The notes below the pieces were generated by a model. The model was not told the DNA's origin and searched no databases. It was given only the letters and a program-made list of their open reading frames with translations. From Euglena gracilis (lineage: Eukaryota): a stretch of 64,000 bases of DNA. Positions 22,669 to 37,600 of this stretch are shown one piece after another. The position numbers were made by a program, and so were the translations under genes. Each line of letters begins with the position of its first letter. The stretch's first letter is position 1. The DNA lies in NCBI GenBank assembly GCA_039621445.1, contig CP154954.1, positions 32,202,012-32,266,011 on the forward strand. Direction: 5' to 3'.

Positions 22669-25600
22669 GTTACCCACCCGTTTTGGGGGGGCAAATCCGT
22701 TTTGTTGCCCAACTGTTCGAGGGCCCCGAAACAACAAAATCCCTTGTGTTACCCACCCGTTTTGGGGGGGGGGGCAAAACCCTTTGGTTGCCCAACGGTT
22801 CGAGGGCCCCAAAATAACAAAATCCCTTGTGTTACCCACCCGTTTTGGGGGGGCAGATCCTTTTGGTTGCCGAACTGTTCGAGGGCCCCAAAACAACAAA
22901 ATCCCTTGTGTTACCCACCCGTTTTGGGGGGGCAAATCCCTTTTGTTGCCCAACTGTTCGAGGGCCCCAAAACAACAAAATCCCTTGTGTTACCCACCCG
23001 TTTTGGGGGGGCAAATCCCTTTTGTTGCCCAACTGTTCGAGGGCCCCAAAACAACAAAATCCCTTGTGTTACCCACCCGTTTTGGGGGGGGCAAAACCCT
23101 TTTGTTGCCGAACTGTTCGAGGGCCCCAAAACAACAAAATCCCTTGTGTTACCCACCCGTTTTGGGGGGGCAAATCCCTTTTGTTGCCCAACTGTTCGAC
23201 GGCCCCAAAACAACAAAATCCCTTGTGTTACCCACCCGTTTTGGGGGGCAAATCCCTTTTGTTGCCCAACTGTTCGAGGGCCCCAAAACAACAAAATCCC
23301 TTGTGTTACCCACCCGTTTTGGGGGGGCAAATCCCTTTGGTTGCCCAACTGTTCGAGGGCCCCAAAACAACAAAATCCCTTGTGTTACCCACCCGTTTTG
23401 GGGGGGCAAATCCGTTTTGTTGCCCAACTGTTCGAGGGCCCCAAAACAACAAAATCCCTTGTGTTACCCACCCGTTTTGGGGGGCAAATCCCTTTTGTTG
23501 CCCAACTGTTCGAGGGCCCCAAAACAACAAAATCCCTTGTGTTACCCACCCGTTTTGGGGGGGCAAATCCCTTTTGTTGCCCAACTGTTCGAGGGCCCCA
23601 AAACAACAAAATCCCTTGTGTTACCCACCCGTTTTGGGGGGGCAAATCCCTTTTGTTGCCGAACTGTTCGAGGGCCCCAAAACAACAAAATCCCTTGTGT
23701 TACCCACCCGTTTTGGGGGGGGCAAATCCCTTTTGTTGCCCAACTGTTCGAGGGCCCCAAAACAACAAAATCCCTTGTGTTACCCACCCGTTTTGGGGGG
23801 GCAAATCCGTTTTGTTGCTCAACTGTTCGAGGGCCCCAAAACAACAAAATCCCTTGTGTTACCCACCCGTTTTGGGGGGCAAATCCCTTTTGTTGCCCAA
23901 CTGTTCGAGGGCCCCAAAACAACAAAATCCCTTGTGTTACCCACCCGTTTTGGGGGGGCAAATCCCTTTTGTTGCCCAACTGTTCGAGGGCCCCAAAACA
24001 ACAAAATCCCTTGTGTTACCCACCCGTTTTGGGGGGGGGGCAAATCCCTTTGGTTGCCCAACTGTTCGAGGGCCCCAAAATAACAAAATCCCTTGTGTTA
24101 CCCACCCGTTTTGGGGGGGCAAATCCGTTTTGTTGCCCAACTGTTCGAGGGCCCCAAAACAACAAAATCCCTTGTGTTACCCACCCGTTTTGGGGGGCAA
24201 ATCCCTTTGGTTGCCCAACTGTTCGAGGGCCCCAAAACAACAAAATCCCTTGTGTTACCCACCCGTTTTGGGGGGGCAAATCCCTTTTGTTGCCCAACTG
24301 TTCGAGGGCCCCAAAATAACAAAATCCCTTGTGTTACCCACCCGTTTTGGGGGGCAAATCCGTTTTGTTGCCCAACTGTTCGAGGGCCCCAAAACAACAA
24401 AATCCCTTGTGTTACCCACCCGTTTTGGGGGGCAAATCCCTTTTGTTGCTCAACGGTTCGAGGGCCCCAAATCAACAAAATCCCTTGTGTTACCCACCCG
24501 TTTTGGGGGGCAAATCCGTTTTGTTGCCCAACTGTTCGAGGGCCCCAAAACAACAAAATCCCTTGTGTTACCCACCCGTTTTGGGGGGGGGGCAAATCCC
24601 TTTGGTTGCCCAACTGTTCGAGGGCCCCAAAACAACAAAATCCCTTGTGTTACCCACCCGTTTTGGGGGGGCAAATCCTTTTGGTTGCCGAACTGTTCGA
24701 GGGCCCCAAAATAACAAAATCCCTTGTGTTACCCACCCGTTTTGGGGGGCAAATCCCTTTGGTTGCCCAACTGTTCGAGGGCCCCAAAACAACAAAATCC
24801 CTTGTGTTACCCACCCGTTTTGGGGGGCAAATCCCTTTTGCTGCCCAACGGTTCGAGGGCCCCAAAATAACAAAATCCCTTGTGTTACCCACCCGTTTTG
24901 GGGGGGCAAATCCCTTTGGTTGCCAAACTGTTCGAGGGCCCCAAAACAACAAAATCCCTTGTGTTACCCACCCGTTTTGGGGGGCAAATCCCTTTGGTTG
25001 CCCAACTGTTCGAGGGCCCCAAAACAACAAAATCCCTTGTGTTACCCACCCGTTTTGGGGGGCAAATCCCTTTGGTTGCCCAACTGTTCGAGGGCCCCAA
25101 AACAACAAAATCCCTTGTGTTACCCACCCGTTTTGGGGGGCAAATCCCTTTTGCTGCCCAACGGTTCGAGGGCCCCAAAATAACAAAATCCCTTGTGTTA
25201 CCCACCCGTTTTGGGGGGCAAATCCCTTTGGTTGCCCAACTGTTCGAGGGCCCCAAAACAACAAAATCCCTTGTGTTACCCACCCGTTTTGGGGGGGAAA
25301 GTCCTTTGGGTTGGCGAACGGTTCGAGGGCCCCAAAACAACAAAATCCCTTGTGTTACCCACCCGTTTTGGGGGGGCAAATCCCTTTTGTTGCCCAACTG
25401 TTCGAGGGCCCCAAAACAACAAAATCCCTTGTGTTACCCACCCGTTTTGGGGGGGGCAAATCCCTTTTGTTGCCGAACTGTTCGAGGGCCCCAAAACAAC
25501 AAAATCCCTTGTGTTACCCACCCGTTTTGGGGGGGCAAATCCGTTTTGTTGCTCAACTGTTCGAGGGCCCCAAAACAACAAAATCCCTTGTGTTACCCAC

Positions 25601-28600
25601 CCGTTTTGGGGGGCAAATCCCTTTGGTTGCCCAACTGTTCGAGGGCCCCAAAACAACAAAATCCCTTGTGTTACCCACCCGTTTTGGGGGGGAAAAACCC
25701 TTTTTGTGTCAAAACTGTACGAGGGCCCCAAAAAAAAAAATCCCTTGTGTTACCCACCCGTTTTGGGGGGCAAATCCGTTTTGTTGCCCAACTGTTCGAG
25801 GGCCCCAAAACAACAAAATCCCTTGTGTTACCCACCCGTTTTGGGGGGCAAATCCGTTTTGTTGCTCAACTGTTCGAGGGCCCCAAATCAACAAAATCCC
25901 TTGTGTTACCCACCCGTTTTGGGGGGCAAATCCCTTTTGTTGCCCAACTGTTCGAGGGCCCCAAAACAACAAAATCCCTTGTGTTACCCACCCGTTTTGG
26001 GGGGGCAAATCCCTTTGGTTGCCCAACTGTTCGAGGGCCCCAAAACAACAAAATCCCTTGTGTTACCCACCCGTTTTGGGGGGCAAATGCCTTTGGTTGG
26101 CGAACGGTTCAAGGGCCCCAAAATAACAAAATCCCTTGTGTTACCCACCCGTTTTGGGGGGGCAAATCCCTTTGGTTGCCCAACTGTTCGAGGGCCCCAA
26201 AATAACAAAATCCCTTGTGTTACCCACCCGTTTTGGGGGGCAAATCCCTTTGGTTGCCCAACGGTTCGAGGGCCCCAAAATAACAAAATCCCTTGTGTTA
26301 CCCACCCGTTTTGGGGGGGCAAATCCCTTTGGTTGCCCAACTGTTCGAGGGCCCCAAAACAACAAAATCCCTTGTGTTACCCACCCGTTTTGGGGGGCAA
26401 ATCCGTTGGTTGCACAACTGTTCGAGGGCCCCAAAACAACAAAATCCCTTGTGTTACCCACCCGTTTTGGGGGGGCAAATCCCTTTGGTTGCCCAACTGT
26501 TCGAGGGCCCCAAAATAACAAAATCCCTTGTGTTACCCATTCGTTTTGGGGGGCAAATCCCTTTTGTTGCCCAACGGTTCGAGGGCCCCAAAATAACAAA
26601 ATCCCTTGTGTTACCCACCCGTTTTGGGGGGGCAAATCCCTTTGGTTGCCCAACTGTTCGAGGGCCCCAAAACAACAAAATCCCTTGTGTTACCCACCCG
26701 TTTTGAGGGACAAACCCCTTTGGTTGGCGACCTGTTCGATGGCGCCAAACTCACAAAATCCCTTGTGTTACCCACCCGTTTTGGGGGGGCAAATCCCTTT
26801 TGTTGCCCAACTGTTCGAGGGCCCCAAAACAACAAAATCCCTTGTGTTACCCACCCGTTTTGGGGGGGGCAAATCCCTTTTGTTGCCGAACTGTTCGAGG
26901 GCCCCAAAACAACAAAATCCCTTGTGTTACCCACCCGTTTTGGGGGGGCAAATCCCTTTTGTTGCCCAACTGTTCGAGGGCCCCAAAACAACAAAATCCC
27001 TTGTGTTACCCACCCGTTTTGGGGGGGCAAATCCCTTTGGTTGCCCAACTGTTCGAGGGCCCCAAAATAACAAAATCCCTTGTGTTACCCACCCGTTTTG
27101 GGGGGGCAAATCCCTTTTGTTGCCCAACTGTTCGAGGGCCCCAAAACAACAAAATCCCTTGTGTTACCCACCCGTTTTGGGGGTAGATCCCTTTTGTTGC
27201 CCAACGGTTCGAGGGCCCCAAAACAACAAAATCCCTTGTGTTACCCACCCGTTTTGGGGGGGGCAAAACCCTTTTGGGGCCGAAATGTACGAGGGCCCCA
27301 AAATAACAAAATCCCTTGTGTTACCCACCCGTTTTGGGGGGCAAATCCCTTTTGTTGCCCAACTGTTCGAGGGCCCCAAAACAACAAAATCCCTTGTGTT
27401 ACCCACCCGTTTTGGGGGGGCAAATCCCTTTTGTTGCTCAACTGTTCGAGGGCCCCAAAACAACAAAATCCCTTGTGTTACCCACCCGTTTTGGGGGGCA
27501 AATCCCTTTTGTTGCCCAACTGTTCGAGGGCCCCAAAACAACAAAATCCCTTGTGTTACCCACCCGTTTTGGGGGGGCAAATCCCTTTGGTTGCCCAACT
27601 GTTCGAGGGCCCCAAAACAACAAAATCCCTTGTGTTACCCACCCGTTTTGGGGGGGCAAAATCCTTTGGTTGCCCAACGGTTCGAGGGCCCCAAAATAAC
27701 AAAATCCCTTGTGTTACCCACCCGTTTTGGGGGGGCAAATCCCTTTGGTTGCCCAACTGTTCGAGGGCCCCAAAACAACAAAATCCCTTGTGTTACCCAC
27801 CCGTTTTGGGGGGGGAAAGCCGTTTTGTTCCCCAACCGTACGAGGGCCCCAAAAAAACAAAATCCCTTGTGTTACCCACCCGTTTTGGGGGCAAATCCCT
27901 TTGGTTGCCGAACTGTTCGAGGGCCCCAAAACAACAAAATCCCTTGTGTTACCCACCCGTTTTGGGGGGCAAATCCCTTTGGTTGCCCAACTGTTCGAGG
28001 GCCCCAAAACAACAAAATCCCTTGTGTTACCCACCCGTTTTGGGGGGGCAAATCCCTTTGGTTGCCCAACTGTTCGAGGGCCCCAAAATAACAAAATCCC
28101 TTGTGTTACCCACCCGTTTTGGGGGGCAAATCCCTTTTGCTGCCCAACGGTTCGAGGGCCCCAAAATAACAAAATCCCTTGTGTTACCCACCCGTTTTGG
28201 GGGGGCAAATCCCTTTGGTTGCCCAACTGTTCGAGGGCCCCAAAACAACAAAATCCCTTGTGTTACCCACCCGTTTTGGGGGACAAACCCCTTTGGTTGG
28301 CGAACGGTTCGAGGGCCCCAAACTGACAAAATCCCTTGTGTTACCCACCCGTTTTGGGGGGGCAAATCCCTTTTGCTGCCGAACTGTTCGAGGGCCCCAA
28401 AACAACAAAATCCCTTGTGTTACCCACCCGTTTTGGGGGGGGGGCAAATCCCTTTTGTTGCCCAACTGTTCGAGGGCCCCAAAATAACAAAATCCCTTGT
28501 GTTACCCACCCGTTTTGGGGGGGCAAATCCCTTTGTTGCCCAACTGTTCGAGGGCCCCAAAATAACAAAATCCCTTGTGTTACCCACCCGTTTTGGGGGG

Positions 28601-31600
28601 GGGGCAAAACCCTTTTGTTGCCCAACTGTTCGAGGGCCCCAAAACAACAAAATCCCTTGTGTTACCCACCCGTTTTGGGGGGGCAAATCCGTTTTGTTGC
28701 CCAACTGTTCGAGGGCCCCAAATCAACAAAATCCCTTGTGTTACCCACCCGTTTTGGGGGACAAACCCCTTTGGTTGGCGAACGGTTCGAGGGCCCCAAA
28801 ATAACAAAATCCCTTGTGTTACCCACCCGTTTTGGGGGGGCAAATCCGTTTTGTTGCCCAACTGTTCGAGGGCCCCAAATCAACAAAATCCCTTGTGTTA
28901 CCCACCCGTTTTGGGGGGGCAAATCCGTTTTGTTGCCCAACTGTTCGAGGGCCCCAAAACAACAAAATCCCTTGTGTTACCCACCCGTTTTGGGGGGCAA
29001 ATCCGTTTTGTTGCCCAACTGTTCGAGGGCCCCAAAACAACAAAATCCCTTGTGTTACCCACCCGTTTTGGGGGGGCAAATCCCTTTTGCTGCCGAACTG
29101 TTCGAGGGCCCCAAAACAACAAAATCCCTTGTGTTACCCACCCGTTTTGGGGGGCAAATCCCTTTTGTTGCCCAACTGTTCGAGGGCCCCAAAACAACAA
29201 AATCCCTTGTGTTACCCACCCGTTTTGGGGGACAAACCCCTTTGGTTGGCGAACGGTTCAAGGGCCCCAAAATAACAAAATCCCTTGTGTTACCCACCCG
29301 TTTTGGGGGGGCAAATCCCTTTTGTTGCCCAACTGTTCGAGGGCCCCAAAACAACAAAATCCCTTGTGTTACCCACCCGTTTTGGGGGGGGGGGCAAAAC
29401 CCTTTGGTTGCCGAACTGTTCGAAGGCCCCAAAATAACAAAATCCCTTGTGTTACCCACCCGTTTTGGGGGGGGCAATCCCTTTGGTTGCCGAACTGTTC
29501 GAGGGCCCCAAAACAACAAAATCCCTTGTGTTACCCATTCGTTTTGGGGGGCAAATCCCTTTTGTTGCCCAACTGTTCGAGGGCCCCAAAACAACAAAAT
29601 CCCTTGTGTTACCCACCCGTTTTGGGGGGGCAAATCCGTTTTGTTGCCCAACTGTTCGAGGGCCCCAAAACAACAAAATCCCTTGTGTTACCCACCCGTT
29701 TTGGGGGGGGCAAAACCCTTTTGTTGCCCAACGGTTCGAGGGCCCCAAAATAACAAAATTTCTTGTGTTACCCACCCGTTTTGGGGGGGGGGCAAAACCC
29801 TTTGGTTGCCGAACTGTTCGAGGGCCCCAAAACAACAAAATCCCTTGTGTTACCCACCCGTTTTGGGGGGGCAAATCCCTTTGGTTGCCCAACTGTTCGA
29901 GGGCCCCAAAACAACAAAATCCCTTGTGTTACCCACCCGTTTTGGGGGGGCAAATCCCTTTTGTTGCTCAACTGTTCGAGGGCCCCAAAACAACAAAATC
30001 CCTTGTGTTACCCACCCGTTTTGGGGGGGCAAATCCCTTTTGTTGCCCAACTGTTCGAGGGCCCCAAAACAACAAAATCCCTTGTGTTACCCACCCGTTT
30101 TGGGGGGGGCAAAACCCTTTTGTTGCCGAACTGTTCGAGGGCCCCAAAACAACAAAATCCCTTGTGTTACCCACCCGTTTTGGGGGGGCAAATCCCTTTT
30201 GTTGCCCAACTGTTCGAGGGCCCCAAAACAACAAAATCCCTTGTGTTACCCACCCGTTTTGGGGGGGCAAATCCCTTTGGTTGCCGAACTGTTCGAGGGC
30301 CCCAAAACAACAAAATCCCTTGTGTTACCCACCCGTTTTGGGGGGGCAAATCCCTTTTGTTGCCCAACTGTTCGAGGGCCCCAAAACAACAAAATCCCTT
30401 GTGTTACCCATTCGTTTTGGGGGGGCAAATCCCTTTTGTTGCCCAACTGTTCGAGGGCCCCAAAACAACAAAATCCCTTGTGTTACCCACCCGTTTTGGG
30501 GGGGCAAATCCCTTTTGTTGCCCAACTGTTCGAGGGCCCCAAAACAACAAAATCCCTTGTGTTACCCACCCGTTTTGGGGGGGGGGCAAATCCCTTTGGT
30601 TGCCCAACTGTTCGAGGGCCCCAAAACAACAAAATCCCTTGTGTTACCCACCCGTTTTGGGGGGGCAAATCCCTTTGGTTGCCGAACTGTTCGAGGGCCC
30701 CAAAATAACAAAATCCCTTGTGTTACCCACCCGTTTTGGGGGGCAAATCCCTTTGGTTGCCGAACTGTTCGAGGGCCCCAAAACAACAAAATCCCTTGTG
30801 TTACCCACCCGTTTTGGGGGGGCAAAACCCTTTGGTTGCCCAACGGTTCGAGGGCCCCAAAATAACAAAATCCCTTGTGTTACCCACCCGTTTTGGGGGG
30901 GGGGGCAAAACCCTTTGGTTGCCCAACGGTTCGAGGGCCCCAAAATAACAAAATCCCTTGTGTTACCCACCCGTTTTGGGGGGGCAATCCCTTTGGTTGC
31001 CGAACTGTTCGAGGGCCCCAAAACAACAAAATCCCTTGTGTTACCCACCCGTTTTGGGGGGCAAATCCCTTTGGTTGCCGAACTGTTCGACGGCCCCAAA
31101 ACAACAAAATCCCTTGTGTTACCCACCCGTTTTGGGGGGGCAAATCCCTTTTGCTGCCGAACTGTTCGAGGGCCCCAAAACAACAAAATCCCTTGTGTTA
31201 CCCACCCGTTTTGGGGGGCAAATCCCTTTTGTTGCCCAACTGTTCGAGGGCCCCAAAACAACAAAATCCCTTGTGTTACCCACCCGTTTTGGGGGGGCAA
31301 ATCCCTTTGGTTGCCGAACTGTTCGAGGGCCCCAAAACAACAAAATCCCTTGTGTTACCCACCCGTTTTGGGGGGGCAAATCCCTTTGTTGCCCAACTGT
31401 TCGAGGGCCCCAAAACAACAAAATCCCTTGTGTTACCCACCCGTTTTGGGGGGGCAAATCCCTTTGGTTGCCCAACTGTTCGAGGGCCCCAAAACAACAA
31501 AATCCCTTGTGTTACCCACCCGTTTTGGGGGGGCAAATCCCTTTGGTTGCCCAACTGTTCGAGGGCCCCAAAACAACAAAATCCCTTGTGTTACCCACCC

Positions 31601-34600
31601 GTTTTGGGGGGGGGCAAATCCCTTTTGTTGCCCAACTGTTCGAGGGCCCCAAAACAACAAAATCCCTTGTGTTACCCACCCGTTTTGGGGGGCAAATCCC
31701 TTTGGTTGCCCAACTGTTCGAGGGCCCCAAAACAACAAAATCCCTTGTGTTACCCACCCGTTTTGGGGGGCAAATCCGTTTTGTTGCTCAACTGTTCGAG
31801 GGCCCCAAAACAACAAAATCCCTTGTGTTACCCACCCGTTTTGGGGGGCAAATCCGTTTTGTTGCCCAACTGTTCGAGGGCCCCAAAACAACAAAATCCC
31901 TTGTGTTACCCACCCGTTTTGGGGGGCAAATCCGTTTTGTTGCTCAACTGTTCGAGGGCCCCAAATCAACAAAATCCCTTGTGTTACCCACCCGTTTTGG
32001 GGGGCAAATCCGTTTTGTTGCCCAACTGTTCGAGGGCCCCAAAACAACAAAATCCCTTGTGTTACCCACCCGTTTTGGGGGGGGCAAATCCGTTTTGTTG
32101 CCCAACTGTTCGAGGGCCCCAAAACAACAAAATCCCTTGTGTTACCCACCCGTTTTGGGGGGCAAATCCCTTTGGTTGCCAAACGGTTCGAGGGCCCCAA
32201 AATAACAAAATCCCTTGTGTTACCCACCCGTTTTGGGGGGGCAAATCCCTTTGGTTGCCCAACTGTTCGAGGGCCCCAAAATAACAAAATCCCTTGTGTT
32301 ACCCACCCGTTTTGGGGGGGCCAATTCCTTTTTGTTGCCCAACTGTTCGAGGGCCCCAAAATAACAAAATCCCTTGTGTTACCCACCCGTTTTGGGGGGG
32401 GGGCAAATCCCTTTGGTTGCCCAACTGTTCGAGGGCCCCAAAATAACAAAATCCCTTGTGTTACCCACCCGTTTTGGGGGGCAAATCCCTTTTGTTGCCC
32501 AACTGTTCGAGGGCCCCAAAACAACAAAATCCCTTGTGTTACCCACCCGTTTTGGGGGGGGGGGCAAATCCCTTTGGTTGCCGAACTGTTCGAGGGCCCC
32601 AAATCAACAAAATCCCTTGTGTTACCCACCCGTTTTGGGGGGGCAAATCCGTTTTGTTGCCCAACTGTTCGAGGGCCCCAAAACAACAAAATCCCTTGTG
32701 TTACCCACCCGTTTTGGGGGGGGCAAATCCCTTTGGTTGCCCAACTGTTCGAGGGCCCCAAAATAACAAAATCCCTTGTGTTACCCACCCGTTTTGGGGG
32801 GGGCAAATCCGTTTTGTTGCCCATTTGTTCGAGGGCCCCAAAACAACAAAATCCCTTGTGTTACCCACCCGTTTTGGGGGGGGGCAAATTGGGGGGGGGA
32901 GGGCCAAATTTTGTTGCCCAACTGTTCGAGGGCCCCAAAATAACAAAATCCCTTGTGTTACCCACCCGTTTTGGGGGGGGCAAATCCCTTTTGTTGCCCA
33001 ACTGTTCGAGGGCCCCAAAACAACAAAATCCCTTGTGTTACCCACCCGTTTTGGGGGGGGCAAAACCCTTTTGTTGCCCAACGGTTCGAGGGCCCCAAAA
33101 CAACAAAATCCCTTGTGTTACCCACCCGTTTTGGGGGGGCAAATCCGTTTTGTTGCCCAACTGTTCGAGGGCCCCAAATCAACAAAATCCCTTGTGTTAC
33201 CCACCCGTTTTGGGGGGGCAAATCCCTTTGGTTGCCCAACGGTTCGAGGGCCCCAAACAACAAAATCAACAAAATCCCTTGTGTTACCCACCCGTTTTGG
33301 GGGGCAAATCCGTTTTGTTGCCCAACTGTTCGAGGGCCCCAAAACAACAAAATCCCTTGTGTTACCCACCCGTTTTGGGGGGGCAAATCCCTTTGGTTGC
33401 CGAACTGTTCGAGGGCCCCAAAACAACAAAATCCCTTGTGTTACCCACCCGTTTTGGGGGGGCAAATCCCTTGGGTTGCCGAACTGTTCGAGGGCCCCAA
33501 AACAACAAAATCCCTTGTGTTACCCACCCGTTTTGGGGGACAAACCCCTTTGGTTGGCGAACGGTTCAAGGGCCCCAAAATAACAAAATCCCTTGTGTTA
33601 CCCACCCGTTTTGGGGGGGCAAAACCCTTTGGTTGCCCAACGGTTCGAGGGCCCCAAAATAACAAAATCCCTTGTGTTACCCACCCGTTTTGGGGGGGGG
33701 GCAAAACCCTTTGGTTGCCGAACTGTTCAAAGGCCCCAAAATAACAAAATCCCTTGTGTTACCCACCCGTTTTGGGGGGGCAATCCCTTTGGTTGCCGAA
33801 CGGTTCGAGGGCCCCAAAACAACAAAATCCCTTGTGTTACCCACCCGTTTTGGGGGGGCAAAACCCTTTGGTTGCCCAACTGTTCGAGGGCCCCAAAACA
33901 ACAAAATCCCTTGTGTTACCCACCCGTTTTGGGGGGGGGCAAAACCCTTTGGTTGCCGAACTGTTCGAAGGCCCCAAAATAACAAAATCCCTTGTGTTAC
34001 CCACCCGTTTTGGGGGGGCAATCCCTTTGGTTGCCGAACTGTTCGAGGGCCCCAAAACAACAAAATCCCTTGTGTTACCCACCCGTTTTGGGGGGGCAAT
34101 CCCTTTTGTTGCCCAACTGTTCGAGGGCCCCAAAACAACAAAATCCCTTGTGTTACCCACCCGTTTTGGGGGGCAAATCCCTTTTGTTGCTCAACTGTTC
34201 GACGGCCCCAAAACAACAAAATCCCTTGTGTTACCCACCCGTTTTGGGGGGGGGGGGGGCAGATCCCTTTGGTTGCCGAACTGTTCGAGGGCCCCAAATC
34301 AACAAAATCCCTTGTGTTACCCACCCGTTTTGGGGGGGGGGGGGCAAATCCGTTTTGTTGCTCAACAGTTCGAGGGCCCCAAATCAACAAAATCCCTTGT
34401 GTTACCCACCCGTTTTTGGGGGACAAATCCGTTTTGTTGCCCAACTGTTCGAGGGCCCCAAAACAACAAAATCCGTTGTGTTACCCACCCGTTTTGGGGG
34501 GGCAATCCCTTTGGTTGGCGAACGGTTCAAGGGCCCCAAAATAACAAAATCCCTTGTGTTACCCACCCGTTTTGGGGGCAAATCCCTTTTGCTGCCCAAC

Positions 34601-37600
34601 GGTTCGAGGGCCCCAAAATAACAAAATCCCTTGAGTTACCCACCCGTTTTGGGGGGGCAAATCCCTTTGGTTGCCCAACTGTTCGAGGGCCCCAAAACAA
34701 CAAAATCCCTTGTGTTACCCACCCGTTTTGGGGGGGGGGGGGGGCAAATCCCTTTGGTTGCCCAACTGTTCGAGGGCCCCAAAACAACAAAATCCCTTGT
34801 GTTACCCACCCGTTTTGGGGGGCAAATGCCTTTGGTTGGCGAACGGTTCAAGGGCCCCAAAATAACAAAATCCCTTGTGTTACCCACCCGTTTTGGGGGG
34901 CAAATCCCTTTTGCTGCCCAACGGTTCGAGGGCCCCAAAATAACAAAATCCCTTGAGTTACCCACCCGTTTTGGGGGGGCAAATCCCTTTGGTTGCCCAA
35001 CTGTTCGAGGGCCCCAAAACAACAAAATCCCTTGTGTTACCCACCCGTTTTGGGGGGGCAAATGCCTTTGGTTGCCCAACTGTTCGAGGGCCCCAAAACA
35101 ACAAAATCCCTTGTGTTACCCACCCGTTTTGAGGGACAAACCCCTTTGGTTGGCGAACGGTTCGAGGGCCCCAAACTGACAAAATCCCTTGTGTTACCCA
35201 CCCGTTTTGGGGGGGCAAATCCGTTTTGTTGCCCATTTGTTCGAGGGCCCCAAAACAACAAAATCCCTTGTGTTACCCACCCGTTTTGGGGGGGGGGCAA
35301 ATCCCTTTTGTTGCCCAACTGTTCGAGGGCCCCAAAATAACAAAATCCCTTGTGTTACCCACCCGTTTTGGGGGGGGGCAAATCCGTTTTGTTGCCCAAC
35401 GGTTCGAGGGCCCCAAAACAACAAAATCCCTTGTGTTACCCACCCGTTTTGGGGGGCAAATCCCTTTTGTTGCCCAACTGTTCGAGGGCCCCAAAACAAC
35501 AAAATCCCTTGTGTTACCCACCCGTTTTGGGGGGGGCAAAACCCTTTTGTTGCCCAACGGTTCGAGGGCCCCAAAACAACAAAATCCCTTGTGTTACCCA
35601 CCCGTTTTGGGGGGGCAAATCCCTTTTGTTGCCCAACTGTTCGAGGGCCCCAAAACAACAAAATCCCTTGTGTTACCCACCCGTTTTGGGGGGGGCAAAT
35701 CCCTTTTGTTGCCCAACTGTTCGAGGGCCCCAAAATAACAAAATCCCTTGTGTTACCCACCCGTTTTGGGGGGGGGCAAATCCCTTTTGTTGCCCAACTG
35801 TTCGAGGGCCCCAAAATAACAAAATCCCTTGTGTTACCCACCCGTTTTGGGGGGCAAATCCCTTTTGTTGCCGAACTGTTCGAGGGCCCCAAAATAACAA
35901 AAATCCTTGGGGCCACCCCCCGTTTTGGGGGGGCAAATCCCTTTTGTTGCCCAACTGTTCGAGGGCCCCAAATCAACAAAATCCCTTGTGTTACCCACCC
36001 GTTTTGGGGGGGCAAATCCGTTTTGTTGCCCAACTGTTCGAGGGCCCCAAAACAACAAAATCCCTTGTGTTACCCACCCGTTTTGGGGGGGCAAATCCCT
36101 TTTGTTGCCCAACTGTTCGAGGGCCCCAAAACAACAAAATCCCTTGTGTTACCCACCCGTTTTGGGGGGCAAATCCCTTTTGTTGCCGAACTGTTCGAGG
36201 GCCCCAAAACAACAAAATCCCTTGTGTTACCCACCCGTTTTGGGGGGGCAAATCCCTTTGGTTGCCGAACTGTTCGAGGGCCCCAAAACAACAAAATCCC
36301 TTGTGTTACCCACCCGTTTTGGGGGACAAACCCCTTTTGTTGCTCAACGGTTCAAGGGCCCCAAAATGACAAAATCCCTTGTGTTACCCACCCGTTTTGG
36401 GGGGGCAAAACCCTTTGGTTGCCCAACTGTTCGAGGGCCCCAAAATAACAAAATCCCTTGTGTTACCCACCCGTTTTGGGGGGGCAAAACCCTTTTGTTG
36501 CCCAACGGTTCGAGGGCCCCAAAATAACAAAATCCCTTGTGTTACCCACCCGTTTTGGGGGGGGCAAAACCTTTTGGTTGCCGAACTGTTCGAAGGCCCC
36601 AAAATAACAAAATCCCTTGTGTTACCCACCCGTTTTGGGGGGGCAATCCCTTTGGTTGCCGAACTGTTCGAGGGCCCCAAAACAACAAAATCCCTTGTGT
36701 TACCCACCCGTTTTGGGGGGGCAAAACCCTTTGGTTGCCCAACGGTTCGAGGGCCCCAAAACAACAAAATCCCTTGTGTTACCCACCCGTTTTGGGGGGG
36801 CAAAACCCTTTTGTTGCCCAACGGTTCGAGGGCCCCAAAATAACAAAATCCCTTGTGTTACCCACCCGTTTTGGGGGGGGCAAACCCCTTTGGTTGCCGA
36901 ACTGTTCGAGGGCCCCAAAATAACAAAATCCCTTGTGTTACCCACCCGTTTTGGGGGGCAAATCCCTTTGGTTGCCGAACTGTTCGAGGGCCCCAAAACA
37001 ACAAAATCCCTTGTGTTACCCACCCGTTTTGGGGGGCAAATCCGTTTTGTTGCCCAACTGTTCGAGGGCCCCAAAACAACAAAATCCCTTGTGTTACCCA
37101 CCCGTTTTGGGGGGCAAATCCCTTTTGTTGCCCAACTGTTCGAGGGCCCCAAAACAACAAAATCCCTTGTGTTACCCACCCGTTTTGGGGGGGGGGGGCA
37201 AATCCCTTTGGTTGCCGAACTGTTCGAGGGCCCCAAATCAACAAAATCCCTTGTGTTACCCACCCGTTTTGGGGGGGGGGGGCAAATCCCTTTTGTTGCC
37301 CAACTGTTCGAGGGCCCCAAATCAACAAAATCCCTTGTGTTACCCACCCGTTTTGGGGGGCAAATCCGTTTTGTTGCCCAACTGTTCGAGGGCCCCAAAA
37401 CAACAAAATCCCTTGTGTTACCCACCCGTTTTGGGGGGGGGGGCAAATCCCTTTGGTTGCCCAACTGTTCGAGGGCCCCAAAACAACAAAATCCCTTGTG
37501 TTACCCACCCGTTTTGGGGGGCAAATGCCTTTGGTTGGCGAACGGTTCAAGGGCCCCAAAATAACAAAATCCCTTGTGTTACCCACCCGTTTTGGGGGGG

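Noticed and set aside
22681-22770. Ciliate-type T4G4/C4A4 telomere motifs in the 79-mer
   Set aside because: There is only a single copy of each per unit, the telomere-like motif elsewhere in the window is TTAGGG, and they are explained by the hairpin arms.
25690-35920. Odd satellite units (~25700, 27270, 27820, 32890, 35900)
   Set aside because: They are isolated garbled copies typical of long-read consensus error.
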